Positions 23,417 to 32,300 of a DNA stretch of 64,000 bases are shown piece after piece. A model generated the notes under the pieces. That model was not told the DNA's origin, did not search any database, and saw only the letters and a program-made list of their open reading frames with translations. The DNA comes from Conexibacter sp. (GTDB lineage Bacteria > Actinomycetota > Thermoleophilia > Solirubrobacterales > 70-9), in contig JADFCZ010000013.1 in the NCBI GenBank assembly GCA_018263295.1, forward strand, positions 3,151 to 67,150, given 5' to 3'. Position numbers and translations under genes: made by a program. The first letter of the stretch is position 1, and each line of letters begins with the position of its first letter.

Positions 23417-24582
23417 AGGTAGCCCATCGGATCGACGGCGGTGCCGTTGATCCGGACCTCGAAGTGGAGGTGGTCGCCGTAGCAGTGGCCGGTGCAGCCG
23501 ACGTAGCCGATGACGTCGCCCTGCTGGACCGACCCGGAGGTGATGGCGAAGCTCGATTGGTGCGCGTAACAGGTGGACAGCCCGCCGCCGTGGTCGATGC
23601 AGGTGAAGTTGCCGTAGCCGCCCGACTCCGCCTCCGACTGGGCGAAGGCGATCGTTCCGTCCTTGGCGGCGCGGATCGGCGTCCCGGCGGGCACCGCGAT
23701 GTCGACGCCGTTGTGCATCCGCCCCCAGCGCATCCCGAACCCCGAGACGACCGAGCCGTTGACGGGCCAGATGAAGCCGGCGGAGCCGCCCTGGATCGGG
23801 CCGGCGGGAAGCGGTGAGACGCCGCTGGCGGCGGCGAGCTGCTCCTGGATCTTCTGCTCGATGCCGCTGACGTCCTTCTCGAGGTGATCGACGTGGTCGT
23901 CGATCCGCGACAGCGCCTGCTCGCTCCGGGCCCGGGCTCGATCCAGCTTGGCCTCCTGGGCCTCGAGCTCCTGGCGGGTGCGGACGAGCTCGGCCTTCTT
24001 GGCGGCGATCGAGTCGCGGGTGGCGCGGACGCGCTCGACGGTCGCGGCGGTGTCGTCGCGGAGCTCGCGGACGCGGCCGACGATGTCGGAGTTCCGGTCC
24101 TGGATCCGCTGCAGGTACTCGTAGCGGCTGAGCGCGTCGTCGTAGCCGTCGGACTCGAGGACGACGGAGATCGCGTTCGGCTCATCCGACATGTAGATGT
24201 CGACGAGCCGGTCCTCCAGGGCCTCGACCGTGCGGGCGAGGCGCTCGCGGAGGATCTTCAGGTCGTGCTGTTCGGCGACGAGCTCGGCCTCGGCCTGGTC
24301 GAGCTCCTGCTGGACCACGGCCTCGCGGGTCCGCAGGGCCGCGACCTCGCCGGTGAGCTGGTCGATCTGGTCGTTGTAGCGGGAGATCTCGGTCGTCAGG
24401 ACGCCCTTCTTCTCCTTCGCCTGATCGAGTTCGGCCTGCTTCTCGTCGAGCTTGCTGTTCAGATCCTCGGCGGGAGCGCGGGCGACCAGCGCGAGGCCGA
24501 CCGCGAGGGCGGCGAGGGCGACGGCGAGTGCCGTCAGGCCCCGGTGAGGGGCGCTGCGCATTTCCTGGTTCGGTCCTGCCAT
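23413..24582 (-). CDS. M23 family peptidoglycan DD-metalloendopeptidase with a long N-terminal coiled coil (EnvC-like architecture)
   Basis: N-terminal signal/anchor and ~230 aa of heptad-rich sequence. C-terminal LytM domain (HNGVDIAVP.GTPI.AA.DGTI..., GYVGCTGHCYGDHLHFEVR). Confidence 0.85.
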   Translation of the reverse strand: MAGPNQEMRSAPHRGLTALAVALAALAVGLALVARAPAEDLNSKLDEKQAELDQAKEKKGVLTTEISRYNDQIDQLTGEVAALRTREAVVQQELDQAEAELVAEQHDLKILRERLARTVEALEDRLVDIYMSDEPNAISVVLESDGYDDALSRYEYLQRIQDRNSDIVGRVRELRDDTAATVERVRATRDSIAAKKAELVRTRQELEAQEAKLDRARARSEQALSRIDDHVDHLEKDVSGIEQKIQEQLAAASGVSPLPAGPIQGGSAGFIWPVNGSVVSGFGMRWGRMHNGVDIAVPAGTPIRAAKDGTIAFAQSEAESGGYGNFTCIDHGGGLSTCYAHQSSFAITSGSVQQGDVIGYVGCTGHCYGDHLHFEVRINGTAVDPMGYL

Positions 24583-24669
24583 TGGACTCGGAGGCGGGCG
24601 CCAATGTAGCAGCGGAGCACCCTTTGTGAGCGTTCGCTAATACCAATTCCTGGTCCTGCAACCCGCATT

Positions 24670-24690
24670 GCAAAGCGCAATTGCGCTTGC
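24670..24690. promoter_or_regulatory. Palindrome GCAAAGCGCAATTGCGCTTGC (perfect 14-bp core AGCGCAATTGCGCT at 24674-24687), a candidate operator upstream of the M23 peptidase gene
   Basis: Read directly from the sequence. It lies in the most AT-rich part of the 390-bp spacer, about 90 nt upstream of the start codon at 24582. Confidence 0.35.
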
Positions 24691-24893
24691 AGTGGGCGCT
24701 ACGGGAAGGCGAAAAAGGCAGCGAGGGGTGGCGGCTGGAGAACGCAAAAGTTCAGTCCCGGGCTGACCCTGCCGCTGAACTGCACGAAGGGTCTCCCACA
24801 GGGACCAACCGTGCAGTTCGCCGCCGAAGGCGCCGCCGGCAGAAGAGGCGGCGCAGCGCTTCCGGCACCCCCGCAGGGCGAAGCCCGAGGAGG

Positions 24894-24974
24894 TGCCGTG
24901 ATCTCAGCGCCGCCGGAGTTCCGCCAGCGGTCCGGCGGAAGCGGACGCGAAGCGGAGCATTCCGCCGGAGGTAT
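24894..24974 (-). repeat. Copy A of an ~80-nt stem-loop repeat (core hairpin TCCGGCGGAA-n19-TTCCGCCGGA, 24931-24969) abutting the stop codon of the acyl-CoA dehydrogenase gene
   Basis: Near-identical to 61322-61401, with about five differences. The 16-nt loop core CGGACGCGAAGCGGAG is shared with copies at 32301-32384 and 61151-61190. Confidence 0.65.
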
Positions 24975-26282
24975 CTAAACCAGCGCCGGCTCCGGCTCGG
25001 CCACCTGCTCGGCGCTGACCATCGCGGCCCGCGCCTCCTCGAGGCGCTCCCGGTACTCGGCTGCCTGCATCCGCGAGACGACGAGACGCTGGACCTGAGC
25101 CGTGCCCTCGAACAGCTGGTAGATCTTGGCGTCGCGGAACCACTTCTCCAGCGGCGAGGAGGCCGCGGCGGGACCGACGAGGTCGATGAGGCGGGTGGTC
25201 GCCCACATGGTCACGTCGCCGGCCTTGAGCTTCGACATCGACCCCTGGCCGCCCGACATCGGGACGCCGTTGCGGCCCATCCAGGATGCGCGCTGGCAGA
25301 GCAGGCGGGCCGCCTCGATCTCGGTCGCGACGTCGGCGAGGACCTGCTGGACGTGCTGGCGCTCGAGCGGCGGGCGTCCGGCGGTCGAGCTGTCGTCGAG
25401 GATCGACTCGAACGGGTCGAGGATCTGGCAGTCGCCGAGCAGGTACTCGAGCGTCCACTCGTAGGCCGCCTGGGCGATCCCGACGGCGGAGACGCCGACG
25501 ATCGGCCGGGTCAGCTCGAATGTCGCGAGCGCGTTGGAGGCGCGGCCGCTGCTCTCGCCGGATCGGGCCCGCTCGAGCTTGCGCTCGAGCTTGTCGACCC
25601 CGCCGAGGAGGTAGTCGACCGGGATCCGGCAGTCCTCGAAGACGAGCTCCGCCGTCTGCGAGGCGCGAATGCCGAGCTTCGTCTCCTTCTTGCCCATCCG
25701 CAGGCCCGGCGTGTCCTTGGGGACGACGAACGACGCCTGGCCGCGGTGGCCGAGCTCCGGGTCGACGGTGGCGACGACGACGTTGACGTCGGCGATGCCG
25801 CCGTTCGTGATGAAGACCTTGGTGCCGTTGAGAACCCACTCGTCGCCGTCGCGGCGCGCGGTCGTCCGCAGGCTCTTGACGTCGGAACCGGCCTGGGGCT
25901 CGGTGACCGCGTAGGCGCCGAGCTTCAGCTCGTCGCCGATGCCGAGGCACTCGGGAACCCACTGGGCGATCTGCTCGGGCGTGCCGGAGGCGGCGACGCC
26001 GGCGGCGGCGAGGCCCGAGCCGCTGATCGCGAGCGCGATGCCGGCGCAGCCCCAGTGCATCTCCTCGGCGTAGATCAGGCCGAGCTGCCCGTCGGGATCG
26101 GTGCTCGTGTACTGCATCGAATCGAGCCCGCTGAGGCCCTGGCGGCGAGCCTCCTTCATGACCTCCCAGGGGACGCTCTCATCGGCGTCGTGGATCGGGG
26201 CGGCCGGACGGATCACGTCTCGTGCGAACTCCCGACAGCGCTGCTTGTAGGCGAGTTGCTCGTCGTTGAGGGCGAAGTTCAT
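24975..26282 (-). CDS. Acyl-CoA dehydrogenase with a C-terminal extension
   Basis: ACAD N-terminal, middle and C-terminal domain blocks (AVTEPQAGSD, VFITNGG, catalytic-base region YQLFEGT). ATG at 26282 (MNFALNDEQ) is preceded by AGGAGAG. Confidence 0.9.
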   Translation of the reverse strand: MNFALNDEQLAYKQRCREFARDVIRPAAPIHDADESVPWEVMKEARRQGLSGLDSMQYTSTDPDGQLGLIYAEEMHWGCAGIALAISGSGLAAAGVAASGTPEQIAQWVPECLGIGDELKLGAYAVTEPQAGSDVKSLRTTARRDGDEWVLNGTKVFITNGGIADVNVVVATVDPELGHRGQASFVVPKDTPGLRMGKKETKLGIRASQTAELVFEDCRIPVDYLLGGVDKLERKLERARSGESSGRASNALATFELTRPIVGVSAVGIAQAAYEWTLEYLLGDCQILDPFESILDDSSTAGRPPLERQHVQQVLADVATEIEAARLLCQRASWMGRNGVPMSGGQGSMSKLKAGDVTMWATTRLIDLVGPAAASSPLEKWFRDAKIYQLFEGTAQVQRLVVSRMQAAEYRERLEEARAAMVSAEQVAEPEPALV

Positions 26283-26333
26283 CCTGGTTCTCTCCTGGAA
26301 GTCCGGCGCCGCCCCCACGGCGAACGCCGTTGA

Positions 26334-26361
26334 TTGACTGGTCAGTCAACCAGTCTATAGC
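26334..26361 (+). promoter_or_regulatory. Sigma-70-like promoter TTGACT-n16-TATAGC overlapped by the inverted repeat TTGACTG-GT-CAGTCAA (26334-26349)
   Basis: Near-consensus -35 and -10 hexamers about 40 nt upstream of the ATG at 26403. The 7-bp-arm inverted repeat is typical of TetR/FadR-type operators. It sits in the divergent spacer shared with the acyl-CoA dehydrogenase gene. Confidence 0.4.
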
Positions 26362-26402
26362 CCTGCGGCGCGGCAGGGCCGAGTACGCAAGACTCCCCGC
26401 GG

Positions 26403-27761
26403 ATGCCTTCCATGCCATCGCCCCTGCCACCTTCGTTGTGGTCGGATACGGCGCAACGCGTCGCTGCCGTAGTCGCGCTCCTGCTCGTCGCCGGAATCGG
26501 CTTCGGCGCCGGTTATCTCGTCTTCGGCGACTCCGGCTCGGACGAGAGCACCGCGACCGTCGGCGGCGGGTCTCGGGGATCCGGTTTCCCGGAGACGGCG
26601 ACCCGCAACACCACCCGGGTCGGCGGCGCCGATGCGATCGCCGACGCCGCCGCGGTCGCGCTCGCGACCTACCCGTCGGCCGGCGGGGTCGGCGCCGCTG
26701 CCGCGGTGACGATCGCCCCGGCGAACAACTGGCAGCAGGCGCTCGCGGCGACGCCGCTCGTCGCCGACCCGATCGGTACCCCGATCCTGCTCAGCAACCA
26801 GGGTCAGGTTCCGCAGCCGACGAGCGACGCGGTCGCCGCGCTCGGGCCCAAGGGCCTGGACGAGGCCGGCGGCACGCAGGCGTACGTCGTCGGCGGCGTC
26901 GCCGCTCCCGACGACCTCGAGCAGAGCCCGGTCGCCGGCACCGACCCCGCCGACATCGCCGACGCGATCGACGGGGAACGCGAGAAGATCACCGGCGAGA
27001 AGGACCCGGACCACATCCTCGTCGTCAGCTCGACGGACGCGGCGATGGCGATGCCCGCCGCGGCCTGGGCGGCGCGCTCGGGCGACCCGATCCTGTTCGC
27101 CGACGGCGACACCGTCCCGCAGGGCACCGCGAACGTGATCGACCGCCACCCGGATACGCCCGTCTACGTGCTGGGGCCCGAGTCGGTGATCTCCGACGAG
27201 GCGCTGAAGGAGCTCGGCGACGCGACCCGCGTCGGCTCCGAGGACCCGGTCGACAACGCGATCACCTTCGCCCGCTTCACCGACGGCGACTTCGGCTGGA
27301 ACATCAACGACCCCGGCCACGGATTCGCGATCGCGAACATCTCGCGGCCGCTCGACGCCCCCGCGGCGGCGCCGCTCACCGCCACCGGCGGCAGCCCGGG
27401 CCCGCTGCTTCTGACCGACGAGGCCGCCTCGGTCCCGCCGGCGCTGGAGAGCTTCCTCAGCGACACCCAGCCCGGCTTCGAGGACGACCCGACGAGGGCC
27501 GTCTTCAACCACGTCTGGATCATCGGCAACACCGACGCGATGTCGATCGCCTTCCAGGCCCAGGTCGATCAGCTCACCAAGCTCGCCCCGGTCTCCAACC
27601 AGACCACGCCGCCCGACGTGACCGTCCCGGAGGACGCCACGACGACCGGGAGCACGACCACCACCACCGAGGAGACGACGACCATCCCCGACCTCGGCGC
27701 CGGGGCCGGATCGACCTCCACGTCGACCGACCAGTCCGAGCTTCCGACGCCGGACAAATAG
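26403..27761 (+). CDS. Membrane-anchored protein with three putative cell-wall-binding (CWB2-like) repeats and a Thr-rich C-terminal tail
   Basis: N-terminal TM helix ([22 protein letters not shown]). Three repeats of the pattern GADxIAdAAAVA...P(I/L)LL(S/T)...vp......L......yv(vG/LG), resembling PF04122. TTTGSTTTTTEETTT tail. Confidence 0.55.
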   Translation: MPSMPSPLPPSLWSDTAQRVAAVVALLLVAGIGFGAGYLVFGDSGSDESTATVGGGSRGSGFPETATRNTTRVGGADAIADAAAVALATYPSAGGVGAAAAVTIAPANNWQQALAATPLVADPIGTPILLSNQGQVPQPTSDAVAALGPKGLDEAGGTQAYVVGGVAAPDDLEQSPVAGTDPADIADAIDGEREKITGEKDPDHILVVSSTDAAMAMPAAAWAARSGDPILFADGDTVPQGTANVIDRHPDTPVYVLGPESVISDEALKELGDATRVGSEDPVDNAITFARFTDGDFGWNINDPGHGFAIANISRPLDAPAAAPLTATGGSPGPLLLTDEAASVPPALESFLSDTQPGFEDDPTRAVFNHVWIIGNTDAMSIAFQAQVDQLTKLAPVSNQTTPPDVTVPEDATTTGSTTTTTEETTTIPDLGAGAGSTSTSTDQSELPTPDK

Positions 27762-27779
27762 GAAGGTAGGCTGCCGCCG

Positions 27780-28046
27780 ATGAGCGAGGCCGAAAGAGCG
27801 GAGCTGCGGAACCCGGAGCGCCGGCCGACGGCGGACGACATCCGCGCCCTCGCCGGGCCCTCGACCCCCCACTTCGCGCTGCAGATCCGCAACCGGATCG
27901 CCGCGCTGATCGAGCGGCTGCCCGAGGACGACCCCGCCCACATCGAGGGCCGCCGTCAGATCGGCAGGCTCAACGACCTCGCCCGCCACACGGGCGACCC
28001 CCGCGGCCCGGGCCCGAGCGCCCCGGACCCGCACGCCGGCGCCTGA
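27780..28046 (+). CDS. Small hypothetical protein (88 aa)
   Basis: Strong GC3 codon bias, an ATG start, and a position 18 nt after the preceding gene. I recognise no family. Confidence 0.5.
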   Translation: MSEAERAELRNPERRPTADDIRALAGPSTPHFALQIRNRIAALIERLPEDDPAHIEGRRQIGRLNDLARHTGDPRGPGPSAPDPHAGA

Positions 28047-28073
28047 CGGGCCGGCGGGCGCCCGCTCTCCGTC
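28045..28073. terminator. Bidirectional hairpin between convergent genes (GACGG...GCGGGCGCCCGC...CCGTC)
   Basis: Perfect 12-bp palindrome GCGGGCGCCCGC at 28054-28065, flanked by GACGG/CCGTC. Confidence 0.35.
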
Positions 28074-29250
28074 AGATCCGCTGGATTAGGGTTCCCGTTC
28101 CGAGCCCGCCGCCGCAGCACATCGTCACGAGGCCGACCTCCTTGTCGGAGCGCTCGAGCTCGTGCAGGAGGGTCGTCATCAGGCGGGCGCCGGTCGAGCC
28201 GAGCGGGTGGCCGAGGGCCATCGCGCCGCCGTTGACGTTCACGCGGTCCATGTCGGGCTCGAGCTCGCGCTGCCAGGCGGCGAGGACCGAGGCGAACGCC
28301 TCGTTGACCTCGAACAGATCGATGTCGGCGATCTTCATCCCGTTGCGGTCGAGGAGCTTGCGAGTGGCGGGGATCGGGCCGGTGAGCATGATCACCGGGT
28401 CGACGCCGACGGTCGTCTGATCGACGATCTTCGCCCGCGGGCGAACGCCGAGCTCATCGGCCTTCTCGGCCGCCATCAGCAGCAGCGCGGCGGCGCCATC
28501 GGAAACCTGCGAGCTGTTGCCGGCGGTGATCTTCCCGTTCTCCTTGAAGGCGGGCTTGAGCTGGCTCAGCGTCTCGAGGTTCGTGCCCGGACGGATGCCC
28601 TGGTCGGTGACGTAGGTGTCGCCGTTGACCTGGAACGGGATGATCTCGCGCTCGAAGCGGCCCTCCTCGGTGGCGCGGGCTGCGAGCTCGTGCGAGCGGA
28701 CCCCGAGCTCGTCGAGCTCGGAGCGGGGGATCTCCCATTTGTCGGCGATCATCTCCGCCGAGAGGCCCTGGTTGACGAGGTCGAAGCGCTCGAGCAGCTG
28801 CGGCGACATCGCCGAGCCGTGCTCCTGCATGACCGAGAAGCCGTCGGCGAACGAGATGTGGCCCATGTGCTCGACCCCACCGCCGATCGCGACGTCGTGG
28901 ACGCCGGAGGCGATCAGCGCGGCGGCGAAGTTGATGCCCTGCTGAGCCGAGCCGCACTGGCGATCGATGGTCGTCGCCGGGACCTCGATCGGCAGACCGG
29001 CTTCGAGCCAGGCGTTGCGGCCGATGTTCATCCCCTGCTCGCCGAACTGCTGGACGCAACCGCAGACGACGTCGCCGACCTCGAGCGGGTCGACCCCGGC
29101 GCGGTTCATCAGCTCCGAGTAGACGGTCGCGAGCAGCGTCGAAGGATGGGTGTCCTTGTAGTAGCCCTTCTCCTCGTGGCCGCGACCGACCGGCAGGCGC
29201 GCGGCCTCCACGATCACGACCTCTCGACCACCGAAACCTTCTGCTGCCAT
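28072..29250 (-). CDS. Acetyl-CoA C-acetyltransferase (thiolase)
   Basis: Active-site Cys region ([11 protein letters not shown]), plus [17 protein letters not shown] and CCGGGLG blocks. ATG at 29250 ([14 protein letters not shown]) is preferred over the track start. Confidence 0.9.
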   Translation of the reverse strand: MAAEGFGGREVVIVEAARLPVGRGHEEKGYYKDTHPSTLLATVYSELMNRAGVDPLEVGDVVCGCVQQFGEQGMNIGRNAWLEAGLPIEVPATTIDRQCGSAQQGINFAAALIASGVHDVAIGGGVEHMGHISFADGFSVMQEHGSAMSPQLLERFDLVNQGLSAEMIADKWEIPRSELDELGVRSHELAARATEEGRFEREIIPFQVNGDTYVTDQGIRPGTNLETLSQLKPAFKENGKITAGNSSQVSDGAAALLLMAAEKADELGVRPRAKIVDQTTVGVDPVIMLTGPIPATRKLLDRNGMKIADIDLFEVNEAFASVLAAWQRELEPDMDRVNVNGGAMALGHPLGSTGARLMTTLLHELERSDKEVGLVTMCCGGGLGTGTLIQRI

Positions 29251-29340
29251 TTGCCTGAACGCCTTTCTCGCGGGTTGAGCGGGAGCGGACGTTAGACGAT
29301 CCGTAATGGGTGCCCGGCGCCTGACCGCGAGGTTCGCCGT

Positions 29341-31473
29341 ATGGCAGACTCGGCCGCTCCGGTGCGACGAAGCCTGCTGACACTTCCCGCCAGCCGCCAC
29401 CTGAAATGGGTCGTTCTGGCGATCTGGCTGGTCGTCGTCGCGGTCATCATCGGCAACAACCTGCCGACGAAGTTCGACGACGCGCAGAGCAACGAGTCCT
29501 CTTCGTTCCTACCCGGCGACGCCGAATCGACGAAGGCGCTCGCGGCCAGCGAGGAGATCCAGGGCGACGAGCTCCTGCAGCTGGTGATCATCTACAAGCG
29601 CGCCGAGGGGAAGCTCAGCGAGCAGAACCTGAAGCGGATCGAAACCGACCGCGAGGCTCTGAACGCGGAGCTGCCGCCGCGGGTCGATCCCTATCGCAAG
29701 CCGGTCCCCTCCCCGGACGGGAGCGCCGCGCTGCTGACCGCGCAGATCCACGCCAACGGCGACGGCGACACCATCACCGAGCCGGTCGATCAGGCGCGCG
29801 ATCAGGTCGACAGCACGGCCCAGCCCGGCGTCGAGACGGCGGTGACCGGCGGGGCCGGTTTCTCGGCCGACGCGATCACCGTCTTCGAGTCGATCAACGG
29901 CACCCTGCTGCTCGCGACCGCCGGGATCGTCTTCCTGCTGCTGCTGATCGTCTACCGCAGCCCGATCTTCTGGTTCTTCCCGCTCTTCGCCGTCGGCCTC
30001 GCCGAGCTCGTGACGCGAGCCGTCGGCTTCGGGCTGACCGAGATCGGCGTCACCGTCAACGGCCAGTCCGCGGGCATCCTCCCGGTGCTCGTCTTCGGCG
30101 CCGGGACCGACTACGCCCTGCTCCTCGTCGCCCGTTACCGCGAGGAGCTGCGGCTCCACGAGGACAAGCACGAGGCGATGGCCGAGGCGCTGCGGCGCGC
30201 CGGGCCGGCGATCATCGCCTCGGGCCTGACCGTCATCGCCGCGCTGCTCTGCCTGATGCTGGCCGAGGTCGAGGGGACCTCGGGCCTCGGCCCGATCGGA
30301 GCCACCGGCATCGCGATCGCGATGATCTCGATGCTCACCGTCCTCCCGGCGATCCTCGTGATCGCCGGGCGCTGGGCGTTCTGGCCGTTCGTCCCGCACG
30401 TCGGCGACCAGAAGGCGGACGAGACCCATGGCGCCTGGAGGCGGATCGGCGAGAACATCGCCCGCGGCCCGCGGCGGGTCTGGATCGGCACCGTCGCCGT
30501 GCTCGTGCTGATGACGCTGGGCTGGCTCAACCTCGACACGGGTCTGACGCAGACGAGCAGCTTCCGGGACGACGTCGAGTCGGTGCGGGGTCAGGATCTG
30601 CTCGCCGAGTCGTTCCCCGCGGGCGCCAGCGCCCCGAGTTACGCGATCGTCCCCGACACGTCGAAGACCGCCGACGTCGCCGAGGCGCTAGCCAGCCAGG
30701 ACGCCGTCGACGACGTTCGGATCGGCGCGACCGGCCCACCGGGCCAGCAGATCGAGGTGACGCTCGCCGACGATCCCTACGCGACCTCGACCTACGATCA
30801 GATCCCGGAGCTGCGGGAGGTCGCCAAGGAGGCGGGCGGAGAGGACGTCCTGATCGGCGGGCCGACCGCCACCGAGCGCGACCTCCGCGTCGCGGCGGCC
30901 AAGGACTCGAAGCTGATCCCGCCGGTCGCCCTCGCCGTCGTCTTCCTGATCCTGATGGTCCTGCTCCGCGCGCTCGTCGCCCCGCTGGTCCTGATCGGAA
31001 CCGTGATCCTGTCCTTCGGGGCCGCTCTCGGAGTCGGGTTCGTCGTCTTCGACGTGGTCTTCGGCTTCGCCGGCAGCGACCCGTCGTTACCCCTGTTCGC
31101 GTTCATATTCCTGGTCGCCCTGGGGGTCGACTACAACATCTTCCTGATGGCCAGGGTCCGCGAGGAGACGCAGCGGCGCGGGCCGCGCGAGGGCATGCTG
31201 CGCGGGCTCGCGGTCACCGGCGCCGTCATCACCTCGGCCGGGATCGTCCTCGCGGGCACGTTCTCGGCCCTCGCCGTCCTGCCGCTCGTCTTCCTCACCG
31301 AGCTCGGGTTCGTCGTCGCCTTCGGAGTGCTCCTCGACACGTTCGTCGTCCGCTCGGTCCTCGTTCCGGCTCTGGCGCTCGACCTCGACCGCCGGATCTG
31401 GTGGCCGTCGGCGCTCGGCAAGCGCACGAACGAGGAGGCGGCCGCGGAGGCCGAGCCGGAGCCCCAGCGGTGA
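29341..31473 (+). CDS. MMPL family (RND superfamily) transporter
   Basis: 710 aa with two repeats of a TM bundle plus periplasmic loop. MMPL blocks GAGTDYALLLVARYREEL and ALGVDYNIFLMARVREE. Confidence 0.85.
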   Translation: MADSAAPVRRSLLTLPASRHLKWVVLAIWLVVVAVIIGNNLPTKFDDAQSNESSSFLPGDAESTKALAASEEIQGDELLQLVIIYKRAEGKLSEQNLKRIETDREALNAELPPRVDPYRKPVPSPDGSAALLTAQIHANGDGDTITEPVDQARDQVDSTAQPGVETAVTGGAGFSADAITVFESINGTLLLATAGIVFLLLLIVYRSPIFWFFPLFAVGLAELVTRAVGFGLTEIGVTVNGQSAGILPVLVFGAGTDYALLLVARYREELRLHEDKHEAMAEALRRAGPAIIASGLTVIAALLCLMLAEVEGTSGLGPIGATGIAIAMISMLTVLPAILVIAGRWAFWPFVPHVGDQKADETHGAWRRIGENIARGPRRVWIGTVAVLVLMTLGWLNLDTGLTQTSSFRDDVESVRGQDLLAESFPAGASAPSYAIVPDTSKTADVAEALASQDAVDDVRIGATGPPGQQIEVTLADDPYATSTYDQIPELREVAKEAGGEDVLIGGPTATERDLRVAAAKDSKLIPPVALAVVFLILMVLLRALVAPLVLIGTVILSFGAALGVGFVVFDVVFGFAGSDPSLPLFAFIFLVALGVDYNIFLMARVREETQRRGPREGMLRGLAVTGAVITSAGIVLAGTFSALAVLPLVFLTELGFVVAFGVLLDTFVVRSVLVPALALDLDRRIWWPSALGKRTNEEAAAEAEPEPQR

Positions 31474-32300
31474 GCGAGGCACACGAGCACGGTTACGAGC
31501 GACCGGCGGTCGCCGGCAGCGGCGCGATCGCACTCGGGGTGGCCGCGTCGGCATCGATCCTGGGCCCGGTCCACGTCCTCGCCCGCTCCGACGGCTCGGC
31601 GTGGCGCGCCGAGGAGACGCTCGAGAAGCTCTGCGCCAGGGTCGAGGGCGGCGACGCCTCCCGGGTCAAGGTGACCACGAGCCCCAACGACCTCGAGGGC
31701 TGCGACCTCGTCGTCGAGGCGATCGTCGAGGACTCCGACGCCAAGGCGGCCATGCTCGCCGGCCTCGGCGAGATCTGCCCCGGCGCCGACCTCGCGACCA
31801 CGACCTCGTCGCTCGGGATCGCCGAGCTCGGCTCGCGGGCGGGGATCGCCGACCGCTTCTACGGCCTCCACGTCTTCAACCCGGTCCCGCGCATGGAGCT
31901 GATCGAGCTCTGCCTGCCGGGGTCGCTCGCTCCCGAGATCGGCGAGCGCGCCCGCGCCTTCTGCGGCGCCCTCCGCAAGCACGTCGTCGAGGTCCCCGAC
32001 GAAGCCGGCTTCGTCGTCAACCGGCTCCTGTTCCCGTACCTCTTCGACGCCGTCCGCCTCCTCGACGAGCTCGGCCTCGACCCGATCGAGGTCGACGCCT
32101 GCATGTCGAAGGGCGCGGGACAGCCGATGGGGCCGCTCCAGCTCCTCGACTTCGTCGGCCTCGACGTCTCCGTCGCGATCGGGGAGAAGCTCCACTCCGC
32201 GAGCGGCAAGGAGGACCACGCTCCTCCCCAGCGCCTGCGCGAGATGGTCGCCGCCGGCAAGTTGGGGCGCAAGAGCGGCGCCGGCTTCTACAACTACTGA
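31470..32300 (+). CDS. 3-hydroxyacyl-CoA / 3-hydroxybutyryl-CoA dehydrogenase
   Basis: Blocks HVFNPVPRMELIEL, GFVVNRLLFPY and PMGPLQLLDFVGLDV. GTG overlaps the MMPL stop (GTGA). Confidence 0.85.
   Translation: MSEAHEHGYERPAVAGSGAIALGVAASASILGPVHVLARSDGSAWRAEETLEKLCARVEGGDASRVKVTTSPNDLEGCDLVVEAIVEDSDAKAAMLAGLGEICPGADLATTTSSLGIAELGSRAGIADRFYGLHVFNPVPRMELIELCLPGSLAPEIGERARAFCGALRKHVVEVPDEAGFVVNRLLFPYLFDAVRLLDELGLDPIEVDACMSKGAGQPMGPLQLLDFVGLDVSVAIGEKLHSASGKEDHAPPQRLREMVAAGKLGRKSGAGFYNY

Noticed and set aside
24583-24893. c-di-AMP (ydaO-yuaA) riboswitch upstream of the M23 peptidase gene
   Set aside because: The context is right for a cell-wall hydrolase gene. However, the conserved blocks I remember (GGGGGACCCA, GGGGUGAAUC, CCGAACCCGUCAGCUAACC) are only loosely approximated (GGGAGACCC, GGGGGUGCCGGA, GGGUCAGCCCGGG) and occur in the wrong order. 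The region is kept only as an unexplained structured leader.
24904-24962. Short peptide MLRFASASAGP... encoded in the repeat copies (also at 32294.. and the 61340.. region)
   Set aside because: The same peptide appears only because the repeat is translated. There is no RBS, the reading frames continue into antisense artefact ORFs, and the stem covariation argues for a nucleic-acid function rather than coding.
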